DNA of 62,832 nt, the filler included. It is 5 parts of 5 records of this genome, joined end to end, with 100 filler letters (N's around TTAATTAATTAA, not from the genome) between each part and the next. Parts side by side here need not be neighbours in the genome. Positions count along the whole stretch, not along the records: positions 1 to 18,722 come from DRR378314_2036; 4 more parts are not named here. The stretch is one strand, 5' to 3'. Below are positions 1 through 9,619 of this stretch, one piece after another (position 1 is the stretch's first letter; each line of letters starts with the position of its first letter). A program made the translations under genes and the position numbers. Under the pieces are notes generated by a model. The model had not been told where the DNA came from. It made no database searches and worked only from the letters and a program-made list of their open reading frames with translations.

Positions 1-252
1 CCGTCGGGGGGCGGTTACATCATCAAAGCCTAGCCTACCTCTCGCAGACTTGGAGCTATAGCCCGCTCCGGTGGTTTTTTTCTTCTTTAATTTTCCAGTC
101 TTCGCGGGATCTTACTCCGAATTTCGCGACATCTTTGGTCCGAAATCAGAGAGGTGAAAAGTAAAGCATTGAAATCACCAGAGTTTTTCGGCCATATGGG
201 AGAGAACTTGGCCCGGCTTTCAGGGGCTGTAAGATCTCCGGAGAACTAGAAG

Positions 253-1173
253 ATGACCATAAAGTATCTTGTGACCCACTCCGGCGGGTTTCATGCGGAC
301 GAACTCCTGTCTTCGGTTATTTTGACCCGACTTTTCCCAGATGCGAAGTTGGTTCGATCACGGGATGCAGTGTGGCTTGCGCCCGCCGAGGACCGGATCA
401 TCTTTGACGTCGGGCGTGCATACGACCCTGACAAGCAAATCTTTGATCATCATCAGCGACCCAACCCGCTACGCGAAGATGGTGCGTCACCCTATAGTTC
501 CTTCGGCTTGATCTGGAAGCACTACGGGGGGGATTACCTGCGCGCGATGGAGGTGCCGGAGAGCGACGTGGATGACATTCATCATCGGGTCGATCAGAGC
601 TTTGTTTTCCCGGTGGATCTGCTGGATAATGGTGCATTGGAGCCGTCAGTTGCAGGCCCTCTGTCGGGGATGACGCTGCCAGTTCTGCTGGAAACGCTGA
701 CACCGGTGTTCGATGACAGGAGCCCCGATGCGGATGACCGGGCCTTCCGGGATGCCCTTGGTGTTGCGCGCGCGTTTGTCGAGGCCTCGGTCCGCGGTAA
801 GGCGGCCAAGAACCGGGCCGAAACAATGGTGACAAAGGCGATCAAGGATGCCGGAGTTTCACCAATTCTCGAATTGCCGATGGGCATGCCGTTCCGGTCT
901 GCTGTTGAGAAGACTGGGGCGGATCATCTGTTGTTCGTCATTCACCCACGTGACGGAGATTGGGCGCTGACGACGATCCGCAAGAGCGGCGATACCTTTG
1001 AAAGCCGTGCTGACTTGCCAGAAGCTTGGGCGGGATTGACGGATGCGGCACTGGAAAACGCGTGTGGTGTCGAAGGTGCGAAATTCTGTCATAACGCCCG
1101 CTTTGTCGCGGTGGCTGCAACCCGGGATGCGGTCGTGCGAATGGCAGAGTTGGCGGTTGCAGATCTGTCCTGA
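253..1173 (+). CDS. MYG1/UPF0160 family metal-dependent hydrolase (exonuclease)
   Basis: Motifs THSGGFHADE, FDVG..YDP....FDHHQ, YSSFGLIWKHYG and FCHNARF; GGAG upstream of the ATG. Confidence 0.9.
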   Translation: MTIKYLVTHSGGFHADELLSSVILTRLFPDAKLVRSRDAVWLAPAEDRIIFDVGRAYDPDKQIFDHHQRPNPLREDGASPYSSFGLIWKHYGGDYLRAMEVPESDVDDIHHRVDQSFVFPVDLLDNGALEPSVAGPLSGMTLPVLLETLTPVFDDRSPDADDRAFRDALGVARAFVEASVRGKAAKNRAETMVTKAIKDAGVSPILELPMGMPFRSAVEKTGADHLLFVIHPRDGDWALTTIRKSGDTFESRADLPEAWAGLTDAALENACGVEGAKFCHNARFVAVAATRDAVVRMAELAVADLS

Positions 1174-1272
1174 TTGCGGGCGTGTTGTGCCCTCTGACGT
1201 TGAAGGCTGGGGGAAGAGGCTCAGGGGGGGGCGCTGAGAGGCCATGGCCGGTCATGCAGTGCGGCAGTCGTT

Positions 1273-2136
1273 TTATGGTCGCCGCCCAAACATGACGATA
1301 TTGCCCAGTACGGTCAGTCCAATTCCAAGCCCGGCCGTCAGGGTCCATTGATAGCCTTCGAATAGGGTGGAGGCCAAAAGAGCGACGACCGGGAAGATCA
1401 CCGTCGCGTAGCCGGCCTTTGCCGTGCCGACCCTCTGCACCAGAAGAAGATAGGCAGTAAAACCTGCCACCGAGCCGATCACGGCGAGATAGATCAGGGC
1501 GCTCCAGTAGGTGACACCACTTGGCGGAACGATCGGCTGTGCTGTGATGAGAACCAGCGCCAGCAGGGCGGCGGCACCGATCCCCATGCCCCAAGCATTG
1601 GCCGTGACGGGTGTGATGCCAAGTGCGCTGTTTTGGCGAGAGGCCATATTGCCAAACGAAAACACCAATGTTCCGAACGCGGCCCAGACGATACCGTAGA
1701 GGCTGCGGGTATCAAAGGTTGTGAACAGATCGTGCCAGAACAGAAGTACCAGCCCGGTTGCACCGATACCGCCCGCAGCAATCACCCGAAGTGTTACCCG
1801 CTCGCCAAAAAACAGGCGTGCGTTGATGGCGTTGAAGATCGAGGCCAGTGAAAAGACAACCGAGACCAGCCCCGAGGGGATCAAGGCGGTGGCATGATAG
1901 AGGCCTATGAAGTTCAGACAGAACAGGCATAGGGCCTGGATCACGACAAAACGCCAATGGGCAGGGCGTGCGAGGCGGCCAAGCAGCGCCAGCCCGAAGA
2001 TCATCACCACGCCCGCCAGAGCGAAACGGTAGAAAATCGAAACCATCACGGGCACCTCGCCAAGCTGCAGGGCGATGGCGATCCAGGTTGTTCCCCAGAT
2101 CAGGACGGTCGAGACGAAGAGGGCAGGTGTATTCAT
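1273..2136 (-). CDS. DMT/EamA family transporter
   Basis: Hydrophobic multi-TM protein from MNTPALFVSTVLIWGTTWIAI. Start trimmed to ATG 2136 because the longer ORF overlaps the divergent AraC gene. Confidence 0.88.
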   Translation of the reverse strand: MNTPALFVSTVLIWGTTWIAIALQLGEVPVMVSIFYRFALAGVVMIFGLALLGRLARPAHWRFVVIQALCLFCLNFIGLYHATALIPSGLVSVVFSLASIFNAINARLFFGERVTLRVIAAGGIGATGLVLLFWHDLFTTFDTRSLYGIVWAAFGTLVFSFGNMASRQNSALGITPVTANAWGMGIGAAALLALVLITAQPIVPPSGVTYWSALIYLAVIGSVAGFTAYLLLVQRVGTAKAGYATVIFPVVALLASTLFEGYQWTLTAGLGIGLTVLGNIVMFGRRP

Positions 2137-2238
2137 GCGACCGACATAGGCGATGCCTGACATCGGGTTTTGCACGATCTTGCGCAATAGTGGTCGGCGA
2201 GGCTTTCCATGATTGAAATGCCGACGTAACACGATGTC

Positions 2239-3099
2239 ATGCGTCAGACCGTTCATGATTTCCTTGGCCGCTCGCCGGTTGCCTCCACCATTGCCGGACT
2301 CAAACTGGGCGAAGGCTGTGCTGTTGCTATCTGGGAGAATACCAAGGATCGCCTGCGCTACGATGCTCCCACGAACCATACCTTTAGTTATTATCTTTGC
2401 GGAGGCACGCAGACCCGTCGGATGGATGCAGGCGGGGTATCTGGCTATCCGGGCGCGATTTGCGTCATGCCGGAGGGCTGTGGTTCCGACTGGGATATCT
2501 GCGCGCCGTTTCGGTTTGTGCATCTCTATCTGTCCGATGCTCGATTGCGCAGCAGCTTTGTGCGCACCCACGACTGTGATGCCCGGCGCCTGGATTTGCA
2601 GGAGGCAACCTTCATCGACAATCCGCGACTGTCTGCGCCCCTCGCGGAGCTTGCCATCGCGACGGTGGCAGGTGATCCGATCCATGCTGAAACCGCTCTC
2701 ACCACCCTGATCGCCAATTTAAACACCAAACCCGTCTCGGTGCGGGCAGGGCTGGCGCCACATATCCTGCGTCGCGTGGATGACTGGATCGAAGCCTATC
2801 TGGATCAGACAATTTCGCTGGCAGACCTTGCCGCGCTGGCCAACCTGTCGGAGTATCATTTTCACCGCATGTTCCGTCTGTCGCGTGGGGTTGCTCCTTA
2901 CGCCTGGGTGACGGGGCAACGGATAGACCGGGCACGCAGGCTCCTGCGATCCGGGCAGCCGATTGCCGAGATCGTTGTGGCTTGCGGGTTTTCAAGTCAG
3001 AGCCATCTGACACGGGTGTTTCGCCGACACACGGGAAGAACGCCCGCCGACTATCGCGCGATGGCGCAGGGCCGACGTCTGTCGCCGGGCACATCCTGA
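2239..3099 (+). CDS. AraC family transcriptional regulator
   Basis: C-terminal double HTH (LADLAALANLSEYHFHRMF...IAEIVVACGFSSQSHLTRVFRRHTG.TP); divergent from the DMT gene. Confidence 0.92.
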   Translation: MRQTVHDFLGRSPVASTIAGLKLGEGCAVAIWENTKDRLRYDAPTNHTFSYYLCGGTQTRRMDAGGVSGYPGAICVMPEGCGSDWDICAPFRFVHLYLSDARLRSSFVRTHDCDARRLDLQEATFIDNPRLSAPLAELAIATVAGDPIHAETALTTLIANLNTKPVSVRAGLAPHILRRVDDWIEAYLDQTISLADLAALANLSEYHFHRMFRLSRGVAPYAWVTGQRIDRARRLLRSGQPIAEIVVACGFSSQSHLTRVFRRHTGRTPADYRAMAQGRRLSPGTS

Positions 3100-3108
3100 C
3101 CTGAGGCA

Positions 3109-3137
3109 ACGGCCCGCAAGAAAATCCAGCGGGCCGT
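3109..3137. terminator. Hairpin between convergent araC and phoD
   Basis: ACGGCCCGC...GCGGGCCGT inverted repeat; no clear U-tract. Confidence 0.4.
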
Positions 3138-3191
3138 GGATAGGAGTGCAGTTCCGGCAGAGGCCATGCCGGATTCTGGGTACGCCTGCGC

Positions 3192-4757
3192 TCAGAGGGC
3201 GAGGCCAGTCGGGTCCAGAGTGATCTTCCAGAGTTCTTCATCCGCGCGGTCCATCAGGCGCACGGTCATCTGCTGAGTGTCCCCGTCAATGTCCACGAGG
3301 CCGAAGAATTGCAGGCCGACAGAGGGCGGCAGGTTGGCGCCTTGCTCTGCCGTCGGGGCCTTTACGAATTTCACTTCGGGGCCAAAGGTGCCGTCCAGAT
3401 CGTTTGGGCCAAAGGTGCCGGCGTGCAGCGGGCCGGAGACGAATTCCCAGAACGGATCGAAGTCCTGAAATGCCGCCTTGTCGGGGTTGTAATAATGCGC
3501 GGCGGTGTAGTGCACGTCGGCGGTGAACCAAACGGTGTTCTGGATCTTTGCGACCTTGATGAAATGAAGCAGGTCGGCGATCTCGAACTCGCGGCCCTTG
3601 GGGGTGCCGTTTTCACCATTGGCGACCGCCTCGATCCGATCACCGTCGCGTACCACCAGACCGATGGGCATATCGCAGGCAATCACCTTCCAGGTCGCGG
3701 TAGAGTTGGTGAGTTCGCGTTTGAGCCATGCGATCTGTTCTGCCCCCAGCAGGGTGTTCGCATCATCCGCACGATTGTCCTGCAGACCGTCAGTGTTGCC
3801 AGTGCGATAGCTGCGCAGATCCAGGAAGAAGACATCCAGCATCGGACCATAGGCGATCTTGCGATAGACGCGCCCGGGTTCGGCGGGAGTATAGCTGATC
3901 GGAGTCATCTCGTGGAAGGCACGTGCTGCGCGCGAGGCAAGCACATGCACGGATTTCTCGCTGTAGCGGTCATCAGCGGTCAGATCTTTGGAGTCTGACC
4001 AGTTGTTCACCACCTCATGGTCGTCCCACTGGAAAAAGGTCGGGCAAAGGGCGTTCATTGCCATCACATGCTCGTCCATGAGGTTGTATTTCCACTGACC
4101 ACGGAATTCCTCGAGGGTTTCTGCGACCTTGCGCTTTTCATCGATCAGCGTGGTGTTCTTCCAGATCAGCTCTCCGTCTTTGACCACCTCATCCTGCATC
4201 GGACCATCGGCATAGATGGTATCGCCGGAATGGAGGAAGAAATCAGGCTTATGATGGGCCATGGTGGCATAGGTCCGCATGCCTTCGTCGTCGATGCCCC
4301 AGCCCTGACCGGCAGTGTCACCGGACCAGGCGAAGCGAATGTCGCGACGTGCGGTGGGGGCCGTGCGGAACTGGCCGACGATGGGATCAGAGGTGGCCTG
4401 CAGGTCGTTCAGGTCAGCAGCCACGAAACGGTAGAAAATGTCCTGGTCGGACGGCAGGTCATCGACCATGCGCTTGATCGCGAAATCACCGTTCGGATCT
4501 GCATACATCGGCGCCAGTTGGCGGGCATTTGCAAAGCTCTCGGTGGTGGAGACTTCCATCACCACCTTGGCCGGGCGGTCGGTGCGGGTCCAGATCATGC
4601 CGGATGAGGTGCTGACGTCACCGGATTGAACGCCGTGGGTGAAGCTCGGGCGCGTTGCGGCACGGGAAATAGAGGGTGTTGCCAAGGCAGCAGAAAAAGC
4701 GGTGCCGCCTGCCAGAAATGCGCGGCGACTGGGGCGGATGAAACGATGAGACGACAT
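3192..4757 (-). CDS. phoD: Alkaline phosphatase D (Tat-exported)
   Basis: Twin-arginine signal SRRAFL; HGVQSGD, HSGDTIYAD, WDDHEV.NNW, LDLRSYR and TADVHY motifs. Confidence 0.93.
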   Translation of the reverse strand: MSSHRFIRPSRRAFLAGGTAFSAALATPSISRAATRPSFTHGVQSGDVSTSSGMIWTRTDRPAKVVMEVSTTESFANARQLAPMYADPNGDFAIKRMVDDLPSDQDIFYRFVAADLNDLQATSDPIVGQFRTAPTARRDIRFAWSGDTAGQGWGIDDEGMRTYATMAHHKPDFFLHSGDTIYADGPMQDEVVKDGELIWKNTTLIDEKRKVAETLEEFRGQWKYNLMDEHVMAMNALCPTFFQWDDHEVVNNWSDSKDLTADDRYSEKSVHVLASRAARAFHEMTPISYTPAEPGRVYRKIAYGPMLDVFFLDLRSYRTGNTDGLQDNRADDANTLLGAEQIAWLKRELTNSTATWKVIACDMPIGLVVRDGDRIEAVANGENGTPKGREFEIADLLHFIKVAKIQNTVWFTADVHYTAAHYYNPDKAAFQDFDPFWEFVSGPLHAGTFGPNDLDGTFGPEVKFVKAPTAEQGANLPPSVGLQFFGLVDIDGDTQQMTVRLMDRADEELWKITLDPTGLAL

Positions 4758-4831
4758 GAGACTTCCCTGTCATGAATTGGATGGGTGACGCAGCTCAAAC
4801 AGCACGAATGTAAAAAGTGGCTGCTGCTAAG

Positions 4832-4860
4832 GTAACGATTTTCAGATATTTTTGTGACTG
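4832..4860 (-). promoter_or_regulatory. Possible Pho box upstream of phoD
   Basis: Minus strand reads CAGTCAC-AAAA-ATATCTG-AAAA-TCGTTAC, an 11-bp period loosely like CTGTCAT-A/T4; degenerate. Confidence 0.35.
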
Positions 4861-4993
4861 CACCTCTGATTTTCCGTCCTGTGATCTGAGGCGACTGTTT
4901 TGTTCCAGGGTATTCTGAAGGGGCATGCGGACAGCCTCCGGGGGCTCCCGGCGCATTGTTCGTTTCCTGGATCTGCCTTTGTTTTCCAATGTG

Positions 4994-5010
4994 TGCTTAA
5001 AAACCGGGCA
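4994..5010. promoter_or_regulatory. Possible NtrC site upstream of nasT
   Basis: TGCTTAAAAACCGGGCA fits TGC-N11-GCA with an A-rich core. Confidence 0.45.
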
Positions 5011-5104
5011 ACGAGCGGGACGTCGTGGCCCAATCGCGAGACGACAAGCTGGGCAGCTGGTTTTCTGCATTGTGGTACTGCGACGGGCGCCGCACTTAAG
5101 TTCC

Positions 5105-5689
5105 ATGCAGTCGAAACTGACAGTTGTCCTTGTTGAGGAAGATCGCGACCGCGCTCTCGGGATCGTTGATGCGCTCAGGGAGAATGGCGATTCCGACGTG
5201 TTCGTGATTGCCAGCTACAGCGGTCTTGCCCGCCAGATTGCAACTCACGCGCCAGACATCGTTCTGATCGATGTCGATAACCCCACGCGGGACATGATGG
5301 AGGAGCTGACCTTTGCTTCCGGTCCGCTGGATCGTCCCGTGGCCATGTTTGTGTCCGGTGCGGCGGGGGGGGTGGCCCAGGCCGCGATCGAGGCTGGCGT
5401 GTCGGCCTATGTGGTCGACGGCTTGGCCCCGGAGCGGTTGAAGCCGGTGATGGATACCGCCATCGCCCGCTTCAGCATGATCAGGAAGATACGGCAGGAA
5501 CTGGCAGAGACCCGTCGTGCGCTGGAACAGCGCAAGGTGATAGATCGCGCGAAGGGATTGCTGATGAAGGCCAGGGGCATCGATGAGGACGCGGCCTATG
5601 CGCTGCTACGCAAGACGGCAATGGATCAGGGACGCAAAGTTGCGGATGTGGCGCAGGCACTGATCACTGCTGCGGGGCTGTTGGGATGA
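5105..5689 (+). CDS. nasT: ANTAR-domain antiterminator NasT
   Basis: Pseudo-receiver domain plus ANTAR (RKVIDRAKGLLM...DEDAAYALLRKTAMDQGRK); ATGA overlap with nasS. Confidence 0.92.
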   Translation: MQSKLTVVLVEEDRDRALGIVDALRENGDSDVFVIASYSGLARQIATHAPDIVLIDVDNPTRDMMEELTFASGPLDRPVAMFVSGAAGGVAQAAIEAGVSAYVVDGLAPERLKPVMDTAIARFSMIRKIRQELAETRRALEQRKVIDRAKGLLMKARGIDEDAAYALLRKTAMDQGRKVADVAQALITAAGLLG

Positions 5690-6861
5690 AGCGGGTCACT
5701 CTTCCTGTTGCCTACATGCCTTTGCTGGATGCCGCGCCTTTGATTCTCGCGCAAGAAATCGGGTTTGCCGAGGATGAGGCGATTGCGCTGGATCTCATCG
5801 CAGCACCATCCTGGTCCTCTGTGCGTGACATGTTGGGATTTGGCCGAGTGGACGCTGCGCATATGCTCTCCGCCGTGCCGGTTGCGATGGGACTGGGGCT
5901 GGGCGGTATGAGGACCTCGCTGTCGGCTGTGTCTGTGCTTTCGGTCAACGGCAATGTGATTGGGATTGGTCGCCCGTTGGAAGACCGGCTGCGGACAATG
6001 GGGTTTGGATTTGACTTTGTGGATGCGCGCAAGGCTGCTGCTGCGTTGTGTCAGGCAAAGAAGGACAAGCTGGTCTTCGGCGTACCCTTTCCGTTTTCGA
6101 TGCATGTGGAGCTTTTGCGCTATTGGGCGGAGCGGACCGAGCTTGGGACGGACCGTATTGATATCCGCACCGTGCCACCGCCGCTGATGGCAGAGGCGCT
6201 GGAGGCCGGGGATATCGACGCCTTCTGCGTCGGGGAGCCGTGGGGGTCTGTTGTCGTGGACCGGGGGCTGGGCGCACTCCTGTTGCCGGGGCAGGCGATC
6301 TGGCAAGGCGCACCTGAAAAAGTACTGGCGACCCGCACGGATTGGGCAGAGACAGAACCTGATCTTCTCGGGCGTCTGATCCGGGCGGTTTGGCAGGCCA
6401 GTCGCTGGCTCGCCAAACCGGATAGCCGGATCGCAGCAGCGGAAATCCTGTCCCGGCAGGGATATCTCGATCTACCACCGGAGTTGATCGACCGGGCATT
6501 GTCCGGGCGCATGATCATTTCCGGGCAGGGTGAGCAGCGGGCCGCAGAGGGGTTCGTCCGCTTTCACGGCTCTGCGGCCAGTTTTCCGTGGCGCAGCCAG
6601 GCGAAATGGATCGCGCATCGTCTCGAGAAGGCTCACGGCTTGAACTCCCCGGATCATCTGGATGCTGCCACCCGTGTGTTCCGGTCAGATCTTTATCGCG
6701 AGCACATGGCTCAGACCGATGCCGATTTGCCCGGTGCATCGGAAAAACTGGAGGGGGCGATTCATCGCCCCACCGCCGTTGCCTCGACAAGGGGGCGGTT
6801 GAACCTCCTGCCGGATCGTTTTTTCGATGGCGCGGTTTTCGACCCGGATGCGCCTGAGTGA
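5686..6861 (+). CDS. nasS: Nitrate sensor NasS (NrtA/CmpA-like, no signal peptide)
   Basis: PLLDAAPL, DAAHML, FPFSMH, FCVGEPW and APEKVL motifs; coupled to nasT. Confidence 0.9.
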   Translation: MKRVTLPVAYMPLLDAAPLILAQEIGFAEDEAIALDLIAAPSWSSVRDMLGFGRVDAAHMLSAVPVAMGLGLGGMRTSLSAVSVLSVNGNVIGIGRPLEDRLRTMGFGFDFVDARKAAAALCQAKKDKLVFGVPFPFSMHVELLRYWAERTELGTDRIDIRTVPPPLMAEALEAGDIDAFCVGEPWGSVVVDRGLGALLLPGQAIWQGAPEKVLATRTDWAETEPDLLGRLIRAVWQASRWLAKPDSRIAAAEILSRQGYLDLPPELIDRALSGRMIISGQGEQRAAEGFVRFHGSAASFPWRSQAKWIAHRLEKAHGLNSPDHLDAATRVFRSDLYREHMAQTDADLPGASEKLEGAIHRPTAVASTRGRLNLLPDRFFDGAVFDPDAPE

Positions 6862-6875
6862 TCACATTTTGAGCA
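6859..6875. promoter_or_regulatory. Possible NtrC-like site upstream of the nrt leader
   Basis: TGATCACATTTTGAGCA, a 17-bp imperfect dyad. Confidence 0.3.
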
Positions 6876-6960
6876 TTTGCGCGCCGCACCAGCCAGACAT
6901 GGAGCTGACAGGCAGAAACATCTGGTTCTGCGCGCAATCGGCCAGCATAGTCTGATCATT

Positions 6961-7073
6961 GACCTGCAACGGGGCAGGTCGAACCGAATTCAATCCCAAT
7001 GACAGGGATGTTCTGAGCAAGGTCGCTCGCTTTCCGCCGACAGTTTGTCGGAGGTCAGTGATCGACCTTTTTT
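6961..7073 (+). promoter_or_regulatory. ANTAR-binding leader RNA with overlapping intrinsic terminator
   Basis: Hairpins GACCTGC-AACGGG-GCAGGTC (6961-6980), ATCCC-AATGACA-GGGAT (6993-7009) and GAGC-AAGGTC-GCTC (7015-7028), all with loop A1/G4. AAGGTCG (7019-7025) pairs with CGACCTT (7063-7069), followed by a T-tract. Confidence 0.85.
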
Positions 7074-7122
7074 GCGTTTTGCCCGGCTCCTTCTTCGATC
7101 GGGCGCATCGAAAGAACACAGG

Positions 7123-8490
7123 ATGAAAAAGCTACTTATGGGCCTTGCAGCCACAACAGCGATGGCCGGTCCGGCTTTCGCCGAACTGCTCGACCTGGAA
7201 AAGGATGAACTCACCTTCGGTTTCATCAAGCTAACGGATATGGCACCGCTCGCCGTGGCCTATGAACAGGGGTATTTCCTTGATGAAGGCCTGTTTGTGA
7301 CGCTGGAAGCGCAGGCCAATTGGAAAGTGCTGCTGGATGGGGTGATCGACGGACAGCTGGACGGTGCACATATGCTGGCAGGCCAGCCGCTGGCCGCCAC
7401 GATCGGTTTTGGCACCGAGGCGCATATCATCACCCCATTTTCAATGGATCTGAACGGCAACGGCATCACGGTGTCCAATACCATCTGGGAACAGATGCTG
7501 CCGCATATCCCCAAGATGGATGATGGTCGTCCGCTGCATCCGATCAGCGCCGAGGCGCTGGCCCCGGTGGTCGAGGATTTCAAATCGCAAGGTAAGCCCT
7601 TCAACATGGGGATGGTCTTCCCGGTCTCCACACATAACTACGAGCTGCGCTATTGGCTGGCGGCAGGGGGGCTGCATCCGGGGTATTATTCCGAACAGAA
7701 CATCTCGGGCCAGATTGGCGCAGATGTATTGCTGTCGGTGACGCCGCCTCCGCAGATGCCCGCCACATTGGAAGCGGGTACGATCCACGGTTACTGCGTG
7801 GGCGAGCCATGGAACCAGCAGGCGGTGTTCAAGGGGATAGGAGTGCCGGTGATCACGGATTACCAGCTGTGGAAGAACAACCCCGAGAAGGTATTCGGCA
7901 TCACCGCGGAATTCGCCGAGCAGTATCCCAACACAACACTGGCGGTGACCAAAGCGTTGATCCGTGCGGCCATCTGGCTGGACGAGAATGACAACGCAAA
8001 CCGCTCCGAAGCGGTGAAGATTCTTTCTCGCCCGGAATACGTGGGTGCGGATGCCGAGGTGATCGCCAATTCCATGACCGGGTTCTTTGAATTCGAGAAG
8101 GGCGACAAACGCGATATCCCCGATTTCAATGTCTTTTTCCGCCACAATGCGACCTATCCGTTTTACTCGGATGCGATCTGGTATCTGACCCAGATGCGCC
8201 GCTGGGGTCAGATTGCGGAGCCAAAACCCGACAGCTGGTACGATGAGGTCGCGCGCAGCGTCTACAAGCCGGACATCTATCTCGAGGCGGCCCGGCTCTT
8301 GGTCGACGAGGACTTGGCCAACGAGGCCGACTTTCCCTGGGACAGTGACGGGTACAAGGCGCCGACCCCGGCCGCCGACATCATTGACGGCATCACCTAC
8401 GACGGAACCACACCCAACGCCTATCTCGACAGCCTGCCGATCGGGCTGAAAGGCGAGCAAAAGGTCGTGGGCACCGAGGTGCAGGGCTGA
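7123..8490 (+). CDS. nrtA: Nitrate/nitrite ABC transporter substrate-binding protein
   Basis: Signal peptide [48 protein letters not shown] and [11 protein letters not shown] motifs. Confidence 0.93.
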   Translation: MKKLLMGLAATTAMAGPAFAELLDLEKDELTFGFIKLTDMAPLAVAYEQGYFLDEGLFVTLEAQANWKVLLDGVIDGQLDGAHMLAGQPLAATIGFGTEAHIITPFSMDLNGNGITVSNTIWEQMLPHIPKMDDGRPLHPISAEALAPVVEDFKSQGKPFNMGMVFPVSTHNYELRYWLAAGGLHPGYYSEQNISGQIGADVLLSVTPPPQMPATLEAGTIHGYCVGEPWNQQAVFKGIGVPVITDYQLWKNNPEKVFGITAEFAEQYPNTTLAVTKALIRAAIWLDENDNANRSEAVKILSRPEYVGADAEVIANSMTGFFEFEKGDKRDIPDFNVFFRHNATYPFYSDAIWYLTQMRRWGQIAEPKPDSWYDEVARSVYKPDIYLEAARLLVDEDLANEADFPWDSDGYKAPTPAADIIDGITYDGTTPNAYLDSLPIGLKGEQKVVGTEVQG

Positions 8491-8537
8491 ATCATGGTGC
8501 TTCTCACCGTCTGTTCCGAGCAAACGAGGACATAAAC

Positions 8538-9614
8538 GTGACAACTGCAGATCCGAATTTTACAGAAACCACCAACCGCGAAGCGCGCCGCACCCGCCTG
8601 TTTACCCGCATCAATGTTGCCGACAAGTGGTTTCAGGTGCTGGGGCTGTCCTGGCTCACTCCGATGCTTCGGGCCGCAGCCGGAGACAATCCGCGTGCCC
8701 AGATCAAGGAAATCTGGCGTTTGCTGGCTGTACCGCTTCTGGCGATCTTGGCCTTTATAATGCTGTGGGGCAGCCTCGCCCCCAGAGTTCAGACCTCTCT
8801 GGGGGCCGTGCCCGGTCCCGCTCAGGTTTGGGAGGAAGTGGTGAACCTGCATCACGACGCTCAGGCCAAGGCTGTCAAACGGGCAGAATTCGAAACCAAG
8901 GTTGCCCAACTCAATGAACGTCTGGTTGCGTCAGGGAAGGATCCGAAGCAGCGGGCGTACACCGGTGCCCAGACATATTATCACCAGATCTGGACGTCGA
9001 TTCAGACTGTGTTCTTCGGCTTCGTGCTGGCCACCATCGTTGCCGTGCCGCTGGGTATTCTCGCCGGGCTGTCGCCGACAGCCAATGCCGGGCTCAATCC
9101 GCTGATCCAGATTTTCAAACCGGTGTCGCCGCTGGCCTGGTTGCCGATCGTGACGATGATCGTTTCTGCGCTGGCGTCCGCCGAAGGCGGGTTGCTTCCC
9201 AAGAGCTTTATCATCTCTGCCGTCACGGTGACTCTATGTTCGCTCTGGCCCACGTTGATCAACACGGCGTTGGGGGTCGCCAGTATCGATAAGGATCTCG
9301 TCAACGTCTCCAAGGTTCTGAAGATGAACACCTGGACCAAAATCACAAAGCTGGTGCTGCCCTCGGCCCTGCCGCTGATCTTCACCGGGCTGCGTTTGAG
9401 TCTCGGCGTGGGTTGGATGGTGCTGATTGCAGCCGAAATGCTGGCGCAAAATCCCGGCCTTGGCAAATTCGTGTGGGACGAGTTCCAGAACGGATCCAGT
9501 TCCAGCCTCGCCAAGATCATGGTTGCGGTACTCACCATCGGCATCATCGGATTCTTGCTGGATCGCGTGATGTTTGCCCTGCAGTCGCTCTTTACCTTCT
9601 CGAACAATCGGTGA
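8538..9614 (+). CDS. nrtB: Nitrate ABC transporter permease
   Basis: PLIQIFKPVSPLAWLP and LRLSLGVGWMVLIAAEML motifs; GAGG RBS with GTG start. Confidence 0.92.
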   Translation: MTTADPNFTETTNREARRTRLFTRINVADKWFQVLGLSWLTPMLRAAAGDNPRAQIKEIWRLLAVPLLAILAFIMLWGSLAPRVQTSLGAVPGPAQVWEEVVNLHHDAQAKAVKRAEFETKVAQLNERLVASGKDPKQRAYTGAQTYYHQIWTSIQTVFFGFVLATIVAVPLGILAGLSPTANAGLNPLIQIFKPVSPLAWLPIVTMIVSALASAEGGLLPKSFIISAVTVTLCSLWPTLINTALGVASIDKDLVNVSKVLKMNTWTKITKLVLPSALPLIFTGLRLSLGVGWMVLIAAEMLAQNPGLGKFVWDEFQNGSSSSLAKIMVAVLTIGIIGFLLDRVMFALQSLFTFSNNR

Positions 9615-9619
9615 GCGCG

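Noticed and set aside
1-252. Possible genomic-island boundary or att site upstream of MYG1
   Set aside because: Only a short gene tail (PSGGGYIIKA-stop) and a weak hairpin; no tRNA, integrase or direct repeat visible.
2137-2685. 183-aa N-terminal extension of the DMT transporter
   Set aside because: Mostly the antisense of the AraC gene; the real start is ATG 2136.
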